DNA of 64,000 nucleotides from an uncultured Eubacteriales bacterium (GTDB lineage Bacteria > Bacillota > Clostridia > TANB77 > UBA1234), in assembly GCA_964572605.1 (NCBI GenBank), contig CAZNFG010000001.1, positions 886 through 64,885 of the forward strand, in the 5' to 3' direction. The notes below the pieces were generated by a model that worked only from the letters and a program-made list of their open reading frames with translations, searched no databases and had not been told where the DNA came from. The translations under genes and the position numbers were made by a program. Below, piece by piece: positions 21,101-36,100 of this stretch (its first letter is position 1; every line of letters starts with the position of its first letter).

Positions 21101-24100
21101 CTCCGATTTCACCAATAATATTTTCAATTGAAGACATCTCACTAAATGCACCCACTCCTATATCCGGATTAGATGTTGTAGTTATATTTTGTATATAATT
21201 ATTTCCTGTGAATGCGTATTCAGCTATTGTTTTCGTATTACTATTTATTGTGTAATCATATACTTCACTTGCATTTGCATCCGAATGTGCATAAAGTATT
21301 TCATAATCTTTAGAGTATATCGTATCATTTTCATATACAAACAATGTGCTAAGTGGTGATATCTCTACGGTCTCAAAATTATTAGTTCTTCTAAACGTTG
21401 ATAATCCTGTATTTGTAAGCGTAGATGGCAGTTTAATATTTCTAGCATTTGGCATATCAGCAAGTGTATTTTCTGTTAAGTTTAATATATTTTCCTCAAC
21501 TTCTATTCCCACTATTTGATCTAGATAATCAATCCAAGGTCTATTGTCATCTTCATAGTTTCTAATTTCTCCACTTCCAATTATATAGAGTTTCATATCT
21601 AATCCAATTACTGCATAAGCCATATTATTATTTATGCCAATATCCCATCTTGCAATGCATACATTGTTAGCTTCAGCTGTCATACTGCTCATATTTCCAG
21701 CCTCATCTTTTACCCATACTGTCCATATTCCATTTGATGTAGCATATGTTTCGTTTTCTGTGTTCCATCCCGCATCATTTACATCAGGTGTTTCACCTTG
21801 TGTCATAATGTATCCTGTTACTCTATGGTTATCTGTTGCTGTTATAACAAACTTTTCTCTACCAGCTTGTGGTAAATCAGTTATATCTATATCTAATATA
21901 ACCGGTGGTGTTGTATCTTCCACAAGAATATATCTTGTTATAGTAGTTACAACTTCTCCATTATATTTCATCTTATATATAACTCTTTGATTACCTAAAA
22001 CTGTTGTATCAAAGTTTGAGTCTATTTCTAATGTTGCTCTACTATCTCCTGTAAATATTTCTCCATCTGCAATAAGTAATTTTCCAAGTACATATACTCC
22101 TAACTCTGTATATGAATCTCCTGCTTCTATTGTTATATTTTCATTGCCGTTTAATTCAAGTATAGGTTTTATCTTTCCTACTGCAAGCAAGTTCCAATTG
22201 TCTGCTGCAAGATATTCATTTATATCTACCACATATATATTTGCATTTACAGGTATTGCATTTATATTTTCTAGAGTACATGTTTCTCCACTTGCATGAA
22301 GTAATGCTATTTTAGTTATTGTATTGCTGTTTGCAAATGCATTAGATTTAATTATTGTATTATCTTCAACTAAAATATTTTGTAACAAAGCTACATTTTC
22401 AAATGCTCCATTTCCTATAACTCCTACAATATCGCTTATCTTAATTGTATTTCTATTACTATCTGTTTCATACTGTAATAATACTCCGTCATTTCTTATT
22501 AAACATCCTTCATCAAGCAGATATTTTGTAGTTCCCTCTTCAACTCTTATGCTTCCTATATTCATTCCAGCAAATGCACCTTCGCTAATAACATCAATAC
22601 TGTTTAATATATTAAGTGTTATAACGCTACCTGCATATTTAAATGCAAACTCACCAATTTCCTTTGTAAGCATTCCAAAACTTAATCCTAGTGCATTTTG
22701 GTTTTCTTCAAATGCACTCTCTTCAATAACTCTTACATTATCACCAATGCTTAAAGATGTTAAATTACAATTCTTAAACGCACTATTTTCTATTCTCATT
22801 ACTGAATCAGGAATTGTAATATTTCTTAATCCACTACAATTCATAAATGCATTTTCAGATATATTCATTATTGAATTAGGAAGTGTTATTGAAGTTACGT
22901 TATTTCTATTAAATATATTACCTTCATTTTTTCCACCAATGTCTATAATTTTATATGAATTGGTTCCATCACTTACATTTTCAGGTATTGTAACACTTAC
23001 TTCACTTCCTGTATATGCAACGATTTTTGCATATGGTTTAGATGTATGTGTAACAAATTTATATTTTCCTTGGGTATACTCTGTAACACCCCATGAATTG
23101 TTTATTATATCAACATTTCTTAAAAATTCTCCAACCACGGTAGGTCCAATTGAAAGTTCATATTTAATATTATAGTTACCTACAATTTCATGATTTACTG
23201 CACCAGATGTAGTTACAGTTATAACAGAATCTTCAAGAGTATATCCTCCTTGGACTACTTCATTATATTCATAATAATCTTTTGAAGTTTGGTCTATATA
23301 TTGAACTGTATCTTCGTTATGATGCATTATAAAGTTATAGTCAGCAAGTACTATTGTGTCACTTATTGGAACAGCGGAAATATTGTTACTTGTATCCATT
23401 GCCCATACATATAATATTCTTTCCCCATTTATTCCAGAGAATGTGTATGATCCAACTCCACTTACAGGATATGCCGTCCACCTAGAATCTCCAGAGCTTA
23501 CACTTTCACTTCTTTCTTCTTCCATTAATATTTTTGCAACTTGTTTGTTTTCTACAATCGTTAAATTAACATCAACTGTTCTACTTAATGCAACCGTTGC
23601 TCCGTCATCTAATTTTACAGATGTTATTATTGGTTTAATATCATCTATTTCAATAAAGTTATTTTCATATCCATACATTTCAACATATGCCATCATAGGG
23701 TCGCATGATGAATAGAAATATACTGGTCCTTCCATACTTTCAAACACTCTTCCCACAGAAGATATTTCTTGTAATGTTTTTGGAACATACAAGTTTGCAA
23801 TATGTAATGCATTTCTAAATGCTCCTTCATTTATGGTTGTTACATTACTTAAGTTTAGTGTCGATATATACATATTGTTTTCAAAAGCATATTCACCAAT
23901 CGTTTTTACAGTCGCTGGTAATTGATATATGTTAGATGTATCTTTCATACTATGTGCATATATCGTATCTTTGCTTGATGTATATAATGCAAAATTCTCG
24001 TATGTTAATTTTGTATTTCCATTTAATCTTATTGTATTGTAATTGTTAGTATGAGCAAGAGTTCGAACGGTAATTGCATTTACTGAACTTGCAATATCAA

Positions 24101-27100
24101 TTTCTTCAGCATTTGGTAAATTTGCTAACATATAATTACCAAGATAAGATACACCATTTTCAATAATTACATTTCTAATTGTGTTTCTATATGTAGAATA
24201 CCAAGGCATAGCTGTTGCAGTTGCAAAGTCTTTTGTTTCACCTGTTCCTTTAATCCTAAGTATAGGTTTTGGAGTGTCTGTTTGAACAACAGCATATATA
24301 CTACCATCATTTTGCTTACTTACATCCCACTTTTCTACGCATACCCATGTAGCTTCAACTCTATATGAAATTGAAATATTTCCGGTACTATCTTTTGCAA
24401 ATATATACCAAGTACCATTTGAAGGTACAGTTAAAATATTTGAACTTATCCATCTTGCATCACTACCTAATGGTGTTGCATTATCTTGTTTAATCAAATA
24501 CTGCGTTACTTCAATATTATCTGTCGCACTTACTGTAAATTTTTGTTCTCTGTATACCCAATCTGTGTCGGTAATTACACTTTGAATTACTGGAGGCTCA
24601 AAATCTGATACATCAATATTTCTTATAACTTTATCAAATTCAATTCCATTAATCGTTGCTGTATATTCTATTGGATACCTTATTGATTGATTAAACGCGG
24701 TATTACCCGTTATATCCATTCTCATTCCAACTACAGATATAACATTTGAACTTTGTGTATAGAATTCATCGACTATTTTTGCACCATATTCTACATACGG
24801 TGTTTCTAATAACCATGTAATTCTTGAATCTCCAGACAATTCAAGTGTTGGTCTTATTCTTGTATTATAATTTGTAATTTGTCTATACACACTATTTGCC
24901 TTATAACCTGCAACCATTGCATTAGGAACATATATTATTGCATTGTTTGAGAATGCATTTGAATTGCTTAGAGATGCAACAGTAGTTTTATTTCCTATAA
25001 TTACTTTTTCAAGAGTAGGGTTTGCTGCAAAAGCTGATGCAGAAATCGCAGGAGCACTTCTCATAGTTATATATTTGATTTTTTCCATTGATCCAAATGC
25101 ACCAGTTTCAATTGTTTCTATGCTTAATCCACAAGCAACACTCTCAAGATTTATTGCACAAGCAAGTGCAGAACGGCCTATATATTTAATTCCTTCTGGA
25201 ATAATATAGCTTCCAAACTCACTTGATATTGGATATAGGATCAATCTTTCTCCTAATTTATCTGAAAGTGATATTCCTCCAATTATTTTGAAGTTTTCAT
25301 TTTCATCTTCTACTGTCATACTTCTTATTTTATAACCGTAGAAACAGTCATTTCCTATTTCTTTAAGAGATGCTGGGAAATTGATAGTTGTATTTAATGT
25401 TCCTCCAGCAAGATAGAAAGCCCTGTCACCAAGTTTTCTTACTCCGTTTTCTTCAAATATAATATTTCCTATATTGCAATTTTCAAACGCACTGTTTTTA
25501 ATTTCTCTTAGGTTCTTGTTTAATCTTAAGTTTGAAACCCCACTTATAGTTGCAGCACCATTAAACGCATTAGCTGAAATACTCATTATACTTGTTGAAT
25601 TGTCATATACTATTGGAAGCTGTATTGTATTTAATGCTCTTAATCCCTTAAATGCATTGTCTCCTATATTTATTAATGTTGTTGGTAATATAATATTAGT
25701 TATATTACTATTTTCCAATGTTCCAAGTATTGAATTTGCATTTAAACTTCCAACATCAACAACTCTATATGTATTAGATCCTGTTGTTACTGTACTTGGT
25801 ATTGTTAATGTGCTTCCAACTGTTCCTGTATATCTTATAATTTTTGCATATCTTGAATCAGTTGTGTTTAGTACGTATCTGAATTTTCCATCACTTGTTG
25901 CATATTCTGTTGTACCCCATATATTTGATATTATATGAACAGTTCTAGTTTTTTGATCTAAATCTATGCCACTTGAAAATGCCTTATATGTTAGTGTATA
26001 TGTTCCAGTTGCTTCATGATTTACGCTTCCTAAAACTTCTACTGGAATTCCTTCGATGATGTTATATCCCCCTTGTAATTCCTCAGAATATTCATAATAA
26101 TCTTTTCCCGTTGTGTCTACGTATTGAACTATTTCTGTGTCACCAAATATTTCGAATTCAAATTCTCCAAAATATATAATGTCATATCCTGGTGCAGCCG
26201 AAATATTTCCGAGAGGTATCTTTAATCCATAGATATACATTTTTTATTCCAACGCCACCACTTAACGTAAATGATGCATAACTAGAGTATGATATCCAGC
26301 TTGATGTAGAAAGACTTATAAGCTCATTTTCAGTTAATCTTGTTTCACTTATATACATCTTGTCTACTGCGATATTATCGTATCCTTGTACTTCAATCGT
26401 TACTACAGGGTTTACTGTTGAAATATCATTATTATTTATTACTATACTAGTAACTATTGGCCTAATATCATCTATCATCACATAGTGTGCTTCAGAAGGA
26501 TATGTGGCAACGTAGTTAACCATTGTATCATTTGATGCGTAATAATATACATCTCCTGTAAAGTTTTCAAAAGCTTTTATTCCAACACTCGTTACATTTT
26601 TATCTATCGTTAATCTTGTCAAATTGGTATTTCTATAAAAAGCACGTGGTGCTATTTCTAATACAGTATTATCTAATGAAAGATTAGTTTCTGTGTTTTT
26701 TGTACTATATGAATATAAGGTCGTGTTAGAAACATTATATATACTTAATCCTCTATTCATATAAAACATATTATCTTCATCTAGGTTTATTGTCTGATAA
26801 TTATTACTTGAATATAATGTTGTAAGTGTAATGCTGTTTACTGTTGAACTTATTGTTAATGATAAAACATTTGGTAAATATGCAAGTGAGTAATCACCCA
26901 TTCCAGTTATTCCTTCACAAATATATACTGCATTAATTGTTGCATTATTTGCCCAAGGTGCTCCGCTTGATGTGTAACTTCTTACTGCTCCAACAGCATT
27001 TGGATTTATATTTGTTTCTCTTGCTACAACTTCAAATCTTAAAGTTCCATTTACTTCTAATATTGCTCTTGTTGATTCTCCTCCACCCACTGTTGTATCC

Positions 27101-30100
27101 CATATTGATTTACAAATCCATTTAATTTCTACTTCTCTACTTACAACATTTCCAACAGTATCTTTTGCCCATACGTAATAAATACTGTTTTGATTTACTG
27201 TAAATGTATTACTGCTTTGCCATAATTCTGAGTTAGATGATGGTGCCAGATTTTCTAAGGTTATTGCATAGCTAGCTACCTCTGCATTGTCTGTTGCTAT
27301 AACTTGTATCGTTTGCGTATTAATTGTCCAATCTGTTTCTGTTATAACTCCTGTTATCTCAGGATTTGTTACATCGACCTCTATATATTTCTTTTCTATA
27401 TTATCATTAATTCTTGCAGTTATTACAGCGACTCCTGTTAATAATACAGGTCTATTTCCTGTTAAAGTTTCTCCTGGTCTACCAGTTAATTCTCCATCAT
27501 ACCAATTCATTACACCATTATTTGCAACTGCAATTCTCTGAGCATCTATTGTAGGTTTTTCTTCAATCGTTGCATTGTTTTCTCCCAATATTAATGTTCC
27601 AGAATTTGATATTCCATAAGCAGCAGTTACTTCTGTATTGCCTTTAATTGTCAATGTTCCACTAGATGTAAATGCAGTACTTTCTGTTGATGATATTTGT
27701 GAGTCTATAAATGTTGCTGAATTTGCATTTGTGATAGATTCTTTTTGAGTAGTAATATAACAACCATTTGCGTTTAACGTACCGATATTATAAATACCTT
27801 TTCCTGATGCTGATGAAATAGTTGTATCTTGTATTGTTACTGTTGAATTTGAACTATTGTTTATTACATATACATTATTATAGTTAGTTAATATTGTATC
27901 AGTAATATTTACTATACTTCCTCCTGCATTTATAAGTATTGTTTCTTGATTTGAGTCAGCAGTTGAATTGGCATATATAGTAAGTTTTCCACCCGAAACT
28001 ACTGCTACGTGGTTTTCACTTCTTAATGTACTTTCACTTATCTCTATATTTGCATTTGATCCAACAATTTCAAAGTTATTACCAACTGTGTCTATCGTAG
28101 ATTTGTGTATTGTTACTTTTCCGTTTGTAGTATTAATTCCAATTCCATTTGTTAAAAGATTATATAATACGCTTGTACTTATCATTGAATTGCCATTTGA
28201 TTCGTTTGATATTTTTCCATATATAGTAGAGTTAGAAATAGTAAAAATACCACTTACTGTATTACTTATAGCTGTATCTCCACTTATTAGTACATTAGAC
28301 ATGGCTCCACTATTAGGGATATTAAGTACACCAGAGTTGTTAATTGCTATACTATTTCCGATTATTGAACATCTATTTGAAGTAATTGTTCCGCTATTTA
28401 CTATTGTTGCTGCTGTAGTTTTTGAGTTTATGATTGTATTTTCTATGTCTAAAGTAGCTCCAAGATTATTTGTTATTGCATGGGTTTGTCCAGAAATAGT
28501 TATGTATTCGTTTAGATTTAATGTTCCATTATTTGTTATAATATTTTCCGTTCTTGAACTCATAATATTTCTCATAGATGCAGAGGTATTTATTATTTGC
28601 AATTCACCATTATTTGTAATATATGTTCCATTCATATTTGCAATAATGTAATGTCCATTTAAATCTAATGTAATATCTTTACTGTTTGTTGCAGTTGTTG
28701 TTTCTGTTACATCTCTTATTAGTAATATTGTTGAGTTATCTACACATGCGTTTATAGCTTCTTGTAATGATACATAGTATAAACCTTCAACTTTGTAATA
28801 AGACTGTACAGAAGTAACTGCAATTATCTTTGTTACTTCATTATGATTTATATCAGCTGGTGCTGTTACAATTAAGTTTGTAGATCCAGCTCCTTTTGCT
28901 TCGATTGTAATTATATTATTTACTGAATCAAGATTTCTTATTATAGCAACATTTTCGTTTGCTGATGAATATATAAGACTTAATTCTCCATTATATGTAT
29001 ATGTTAGTTGAACTTCATTTCCGTTTGTAATATTTACACTATAACTGCTGATTTCAAAAGTTGGTGTAAATTTGTTAATTACATAGTCTCTTGTTGTATT
29101 CAAAAGTTCATAATTAGTTGGAAGCATTTGTCCTCCAAACACATTGGTTACATATGCTTCAGCTGTATATTCTCCTGCATTTATGTTTGTTGTTCTACTT
29201 ACTTCTACTGTTTCACCTATTACTGGATTATCCCAGTATACTGTAGGTGCGTGTGGATTGCCATCATAGGTAAAGACATTTTCTTCTCCCCATGTAAGAT
29301 TAATTTCTTTTCTTGCAATTATCCATTCAAAATACTTTGGTTCAGTAGTTCCATCCTCCCATTCATAATTTTCTGGATATAAAATAGAAACTCTTGCATT
29401 ATATATTCCAGCATTCCTTTTTTCATTATTTGTTATCTCTAGAAGTTCGCTATTAAAATTAGTAATCATCATGGTTTGTATTGTACCATCATATACAAAT
29501 GTTTGGTCAACGCTTAAAGCCGTTCCATCAATTACTATTTTCTTTATAATATACGATGCTTCTTTTACACTTAAATAATCTCCAGAACCAATTACTCTAA
29601 CCGACGCAACACCTGCATTTATATTATTTAAATATAATAATGTATAGTCTACTCCTTCTACTAGTGTTTTTTCTCCATCCATAACGGTTACTTCTGGACG
29701 TTTAGCTGTTCCGTCGTATTCGTATTCTGTTTGGCTAAGTGTTATAGTTGTAATTCCAATATTTCTCTTAAGTGTTGTTGAATTATAGTTTTCCCCTTCA
29801 ATAGATTTTGTTTTTGTTTGCAATTCATAATTAGGTTCTCTTAATGCTATAGTTCCCGTATATGAACTTGATTTACCTATCAATTCACCATCATAAAACT
29901 CAATTCCGTTAGTTGCAGTTATACCAACTGTTTTACCTTGAATTACAGGTGTTGGTTTATTTAAAGGTTCTCCATACTCACCAACTATAACTCTTCCCGT
30001 TCCTTGATTTGAAATTGCATGCCCAACTGTTCCTATTACAGTTCCATCTGATACTATAATTACACCATTAGTTTTTACTGAGTTTTCTATACCATACGTT

Positions 30101-33100
30101 CCCTTTACAGTTCCTCCAGATATTCTTGTTACCACTGGATTTATTCCCGCACTATCGTTAGATATTGCGGTGCCTGTTGTGTTTTCTATCATACCACCAG
30201 ATATATTAATTGCTCCTCCAGCATTTCCGTAACTATAAATCGCACTTGTGTTTAATGAACCTGCAGGTGTTCCTATAGGTGCTTCATTTTTTACTGTTCC
30301 ACCTGTTATATTTAATGTAACATTATTTCCAAGTTGTATAGTTTTAGATGTATAGTATTTTGCACCAATACTTGGACTAATAACTGTTTTAATTATTCCT
30401 CCATTTATTTCTATAGTTCCTCCTGCCACATAAATTGCACTGGCATTTGCATCTTTTGATCCTGTATTTATTATTGTTCCATTATCTATTATAAGCGTTC
30501 CTGATGTTTCAATAATTTTTGTAAGTATGTTGCTTCCATCATTAATTGCAGTAATTGTTCCTGAACCCTCTATTGTTAATGTTCCATCATTTTTTATACC
30601 ATTTACCGTCTTTGTTATTGTTTTATTGTTTAAATATATAGAAAGTGTTTTTCCACCAGGAATTGTTGCAACTGTGTTATCTGTTATATCACGCAACACT
30701 GTAATAGTACCTCCAGTTAAAGTACCAGTAATTGCATCATCTAAAAATGCATATGTATTATTACTTTCATCAGCATAACTTGCTAATTCAAGTATAGTCT
30801 TTTGATAAGTTAATCCATCGACATTTTCATTTACTTTGCGAACTGTATAATCTGTTTCCATAACTATTGGGTTTCCTGTGTACGATGCTATAGCTCCTCT
30901 TAATACACCATCATAGTACGAGAATCCATTTACTGCTTGTATTGCGTATGTCATACCTTTAATATTTGGATTTGTTTTGCTAGGTATTCCTCCTGGAACT
31001 CCTATCGTAACATTTCCACTTCCATTATGTATTATTGAAGCAGTATTAGCTCCAGTTGAGGTAATTGTGCCTCCTTCAATATTTACATTTGATGATCCTA
31101 TAAATATTAATGTATCTGATGTTGATGTTATAGTTCCATCTTTTATTGTTGTATTAGAACCAGACCCTCCATATATTACATTTACATCCGAAGTAATTAT
31201 TCCCATTCCTTCTATTATTAATGTACCTTCATTTGTAATTGGATACATTGTCTTTGTAAGAGCATTACTATTTAAATCTATCGTTATAGTTTTCCCAGCT
31301 GGCACTAGTACATCTTCATTATCTGAAACATCTCTTATAATTTTTATTGTTCCGCCATTTGTGGTTTTATCTATTGCTTCTTGAAGTGTTAAATAATAAT
31401 TCGTATCATCATAATAGCTGGCTAAGCTTAGAACTCCTTTCTTATATAAATCAAAATAATATAATTCATCAGTTAAATAAATTGCATATTCTTCTTCCAT
31501 TTCTGAAATTGGATATTCTGATATGTCAGTTTTTCCTCTTAATGCACCATCATAAAACTCATATGTGCCATTTCCGGCTAGTGCATATGTTCCACCTATT
31601 ATTTCAGGATTGGTTGTAACTACCTCTCCGCCTGTCGTTCCTATTATTGTTGTTCCACCTGAAAGAGTATTTATGGCATAGCTATCGCCAAGCCCAATAC
31701 CTATTACTTTTCCAGACGTAATAATTACTGTTCCACCTGCATTATTATTTATTGTACTTATAGTTGTTGCACTTTCATTGTTTGTGCTTTCAAGTGTAGG
31801 TCCATTTAATTTGAAAATTCCGTTGTTTTCTACTATATTATTAGAGCCTCCATACGGATTTATTGTTCCTGTTCCAATAATATCTAGTTCCCCATTATTT
31901 ATAATTGAATTTGTTAATCTTAATGTTTTATTATTTACATCTATGTTAATTATTTTTCCACTTGCAACAACAAGATTTGATGAGTCTATAACATTAGTTC
32001 CTTCTACTACTATTGTACCTGTTGTTGTAATTGAATTATAAGCACTTTGTAATGTTATAAACTCTGAAGTATCAACTCGAAAACTTCCTTGTAGTTGTGC
32101 TGTATAATAGTTTTCTCCATCTACTGTTGTTATGCTATCTTTTACATTATATCCCGGATCTGTTTGAGGGTTTCCATACATTGCAGCAATTTTACCTCTT
32201 AAGATACCATCATAGAAACCAAATCCACCTTCTGAATATACACCATATGTTGCACCTATTATATATGGATTAGTACTATCTGCTCCTCCCATAGCTGTAC
32301 CTATTTCAAGCGTTCCTGTTCCTTCATTACAAATTGCTCTCTCTAAACTTTTAAAATCTCCGCCTCTAATATACATACTACCACTCGAGGTATTATACAT
32401 AGATCTAAAGACAGTGTTGATTGTTCCTTCATATATTATTACATTTCCAGTACTGTTATTTTTTACACCAGTTTGTCCTTGCATGTTAACATTATTTATA
32501 GTGATTAATCCCGCTCCGTTATTTAATATACATTCGTTTGAACTATTTATTATATTTCCACCATCTATTGTTATTGAACCACTTGATGAATTTAATATTC
32601 CTCCATTAATTGTTCCCGCTGTAACAATTAAGTTTCTCTCGCCGGCATTTTCTATTCCTCTTGTTGCTCCTGTAATTGTTCCACCCAAAACTCTTAATGT
32701 TCCCAAAGTTGGATTATAATATATTGCTGTTGTAGGCGATGTTATATTTCCACTTACTATATCTACATCTCCATTATCACTTATTATATTTATTGCATTT
32801 GATGTGACAGAATTTAATGCGCAACTTGTTAATGTAATCTTTCCATTACCAACTTTATTAATTGCATAAGATGACTCGCCGGTAACTGATCCCCCGGATA
32901 ACGTTATATCTCCCGAGGAAGTAGCTTGTATATCAATACCTATTGTTCCTCCAGTAATACTTACGTTTTGTAGATTAAGTGTTCCTGTTCCAGCTTTTAT
33001 TATTCCTTTTCCACTTGCATCAATAACTCCATTTATAAACGAATAATTGTTTTGATTCGTTGAAGGAATTATTATACCATCTCCACTTAATACATTTATT

Positions 33101-36100
33101 CTTGTACCTGATATTGAAATTGTAGCATCTTCATCAACAGATACACCATAGTCATTTGCATTTATTGTTGCAACTTCTAGGTTAACTGCTCCAGTTCCTT
33201 TATGATCTATTGCTGTACTTCCTGTGGAAACTGTTCCCGCTAATATTTCTACTGTTCCATTTGTATAATCACTTAGAAGAACGCCTTTTCCCACGCTCTC
33301 TATAAGTCCACCCGTCATATTTATATTAATTTGGTTTGAAACAGAGGTATTAATATTTGAATATATTGCAGGATTTGCCGTTTCATTTTTTATAGTTCCA
33401 TTTTCAAAGTATATTAAAGCATTTCCCGTATTATTTTTTTCTATATTATAACCCGCCACATTTCTTAATAATAATGTTCCATCATTAATACGTAGTGTAC
33501 CTGTGTTAAGTAATACGTTTCTTGCAGTTCCTGTTGTGGTTATTTCACTTGCACGAGCTGCAATAATATTGCCGCCCCATCTTAAATCAATTTGTCCTGT
33601 TCCTTGATTTTCAATTACTCCCCAATCTCCAGAAGTTATTCCTGCATTTTTTAGAGTTGCACCACGAATATTTAATATTCCACTATTGACTACTAAATAA
33701 TTAATTTCATTATCACTTGATTCCACTGTGGCAATTCCACCGGTACCTATAATATTTAATGTACCATTATTAGTGATTGGTGTTTTAAGTTTTGTTATTG
33801 TTTTTCCATTAGTGTCGATTGTTATATTTTTACTAGCTTCGACTGTAAATAACGTTTCATCTATTAATGTTTTTTGTACTACAATTGTTCCCTCATTACC
33901 TGTTATTGCAGCGTATGCTTCAGCAAGCGTTGGATAATATAATCTTCCAACACCATAGTTTTGTCCTTCAATAGAAATGGTGGCTTCCTCTGAAGTCATT
34001 ATTCTTCCAAGAACTTCTCTAGTCAATACTGTATCTTCTGGGAACATAGTTCCAGTTATTTCACATCTATAAGCATTTACAGATAATGATTCGTCTGTCT
34101 CATATGTAGTAAAGGTATTTGTAGTTCCACCAGTACCATCTTCTAAAGTAACACTTGACCAATCAATATCTCCACTTCTTTTTATTTGCCATTGATATGT
34201 TATTCCTCCCGGATATCCATCTTCGACTTCAACAGTAAATACGGCTTTTGTTGGAACAATAACCGACTGATCTGTTGGATGTTTTGTTATTTTTGGTGGA
34301 TAATAAACTAAAATTTCACTATCTTTATTATTAATGTTGAATAACGTTCTAATAGCTCCATCTTTTAATTTAATTGTTGCTCCATCTCCAATATTTATAA
34401 ATGCTCCCGTTCCAATTGTATTAACATTCTGTGATAATATATATATTGATTCAAGATTACTTGAATCGTAGAAAGCATTTGTTCCAATGTTAATTAAATT
34501 TTCTTTTAATATTACACTTCCAATTTCACTACTTAAAAATGCATTATTTCCTATACTTAAAAGATTATCTGGGAAAGTTATATTAATCGCTTGCGTTTTA
34601 TAAAACGCCCCTTCTGCAATTGTTGAAACTGTAGATGGTATGATATATGTTTCTTCCGTTTTTCCTTGTGGATATGTGATTAATGTTGTTCCTGCTTTAT
34701 TAAATAGTACTCCATCTTCTGATTTATATCCTGAATTTGCTCCATCTACTATAATAGATTTTAGTGGCGATTCTAAAAATACACTGTTTCCTATATTTGT
34801 TACTGATATAGGTATAAGAATACTATCATCTAACATGTCACAATATGAAAACGCTCCATCTCCAATTCTTGTTACCGTACTTGGTATCGTAATGTTTTCG
34901 ACATTTATAAGTTTATAAAAAGCTCTACTTCCTATTGCTGTTAATCCACTAGTCATTTCAACTTTACTTATAGAATTTCTATAGCTTTTCCAAGGAACAC
35001 TATCATACGTTTCAAAGTTTCTCATTGGTCCTGATCCGTTTATGTATAATATATATTTTCCTTCTACTTCTTCATCCGGTGCCAAAGAAGCCCATACTGA
35101 ACTGGTTACTTCATTTATATCAGAAATATCCCAGCCCGGTTGTAAAATTGCAACTTTGTACAATTGACCATCCACCAATACTTCTTCAACATATGCATTA
35201 TAATTTTCTTCTGTTTCTGAAATAGATCCTTTTATGTATGCGGTATCTTTACCCATAATTTTTCCATCAAAAAATTTAAATCCATTTCCTGCATATACTC
35301 CATACGTTTGACCTTTTACCGTAGGAGTTAAAATATTTGCATTTCCATCTTTTTGACCTATTATTAATTTATTTGCAATATCACTTTGTGCTCCAGCAAA
35401 TGAACCTTCAACAATTCCACCTTTTATTGTTACGATTCCTGTTCCTCTGTTATATATACCAGTTTCATTTCCTGTTACTTTTCCACCTTCAATAATAACA
35501 GTTCCGTTTGAGCTGTTTCTTATTCCTGTGCTTGTTGCATTAATATTTCCTGCTAACACTCTTATTTCTGCGCCACCATCATTTTCTATGCCAGAAATCC
35601 CTGCATTTATAGTTCCACCTTCTATTCTAACTGGACTAGAATTGAAACTATATATTCCAAATTCATCTGAGCTAACTGTACCACTTATAACTCTTATGGC
35701 TCCTGATCCGGCGTTATAAAGTGCAGACTCTTTGCCGAATATATTAGAACCGTTTACAATTAAATCTTGTGCTGTGTTTTCAAATAAAATAGCATTTGTT
35801 CCACCATAAATTGTTCCACCTCTAAATAATGTAGACACTACGTTTTGTCCACTTGCAGAAGTAACTTTAATTCCCGTTCCTAACACGCTCGTTACATTTC
35901 CGCCCATTATATTTAAGTTTCCACCATTAGCACCTGTATTACATATTGCAATACCATTTAATCCATCTTGTGAAACTGTACCACCGTTTATGTTTGTAGT
36001 TCCTCCAACTGCATCATATATTGCCATACCATATCCTGTTGGATAAATACCAGCTGCTTTAGTTGCTTTGATACTTCCATCATTTAAATTAATTATAGAA

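Noticed and set aside
26182-26240. Two separate giant genes with overlapping ends
   Set aside because: The overlap is in different frames and resolves at a single CGG. The junction completes a repeated DxxGNIS motif. No RBS or plausible start precedes the second ORF.
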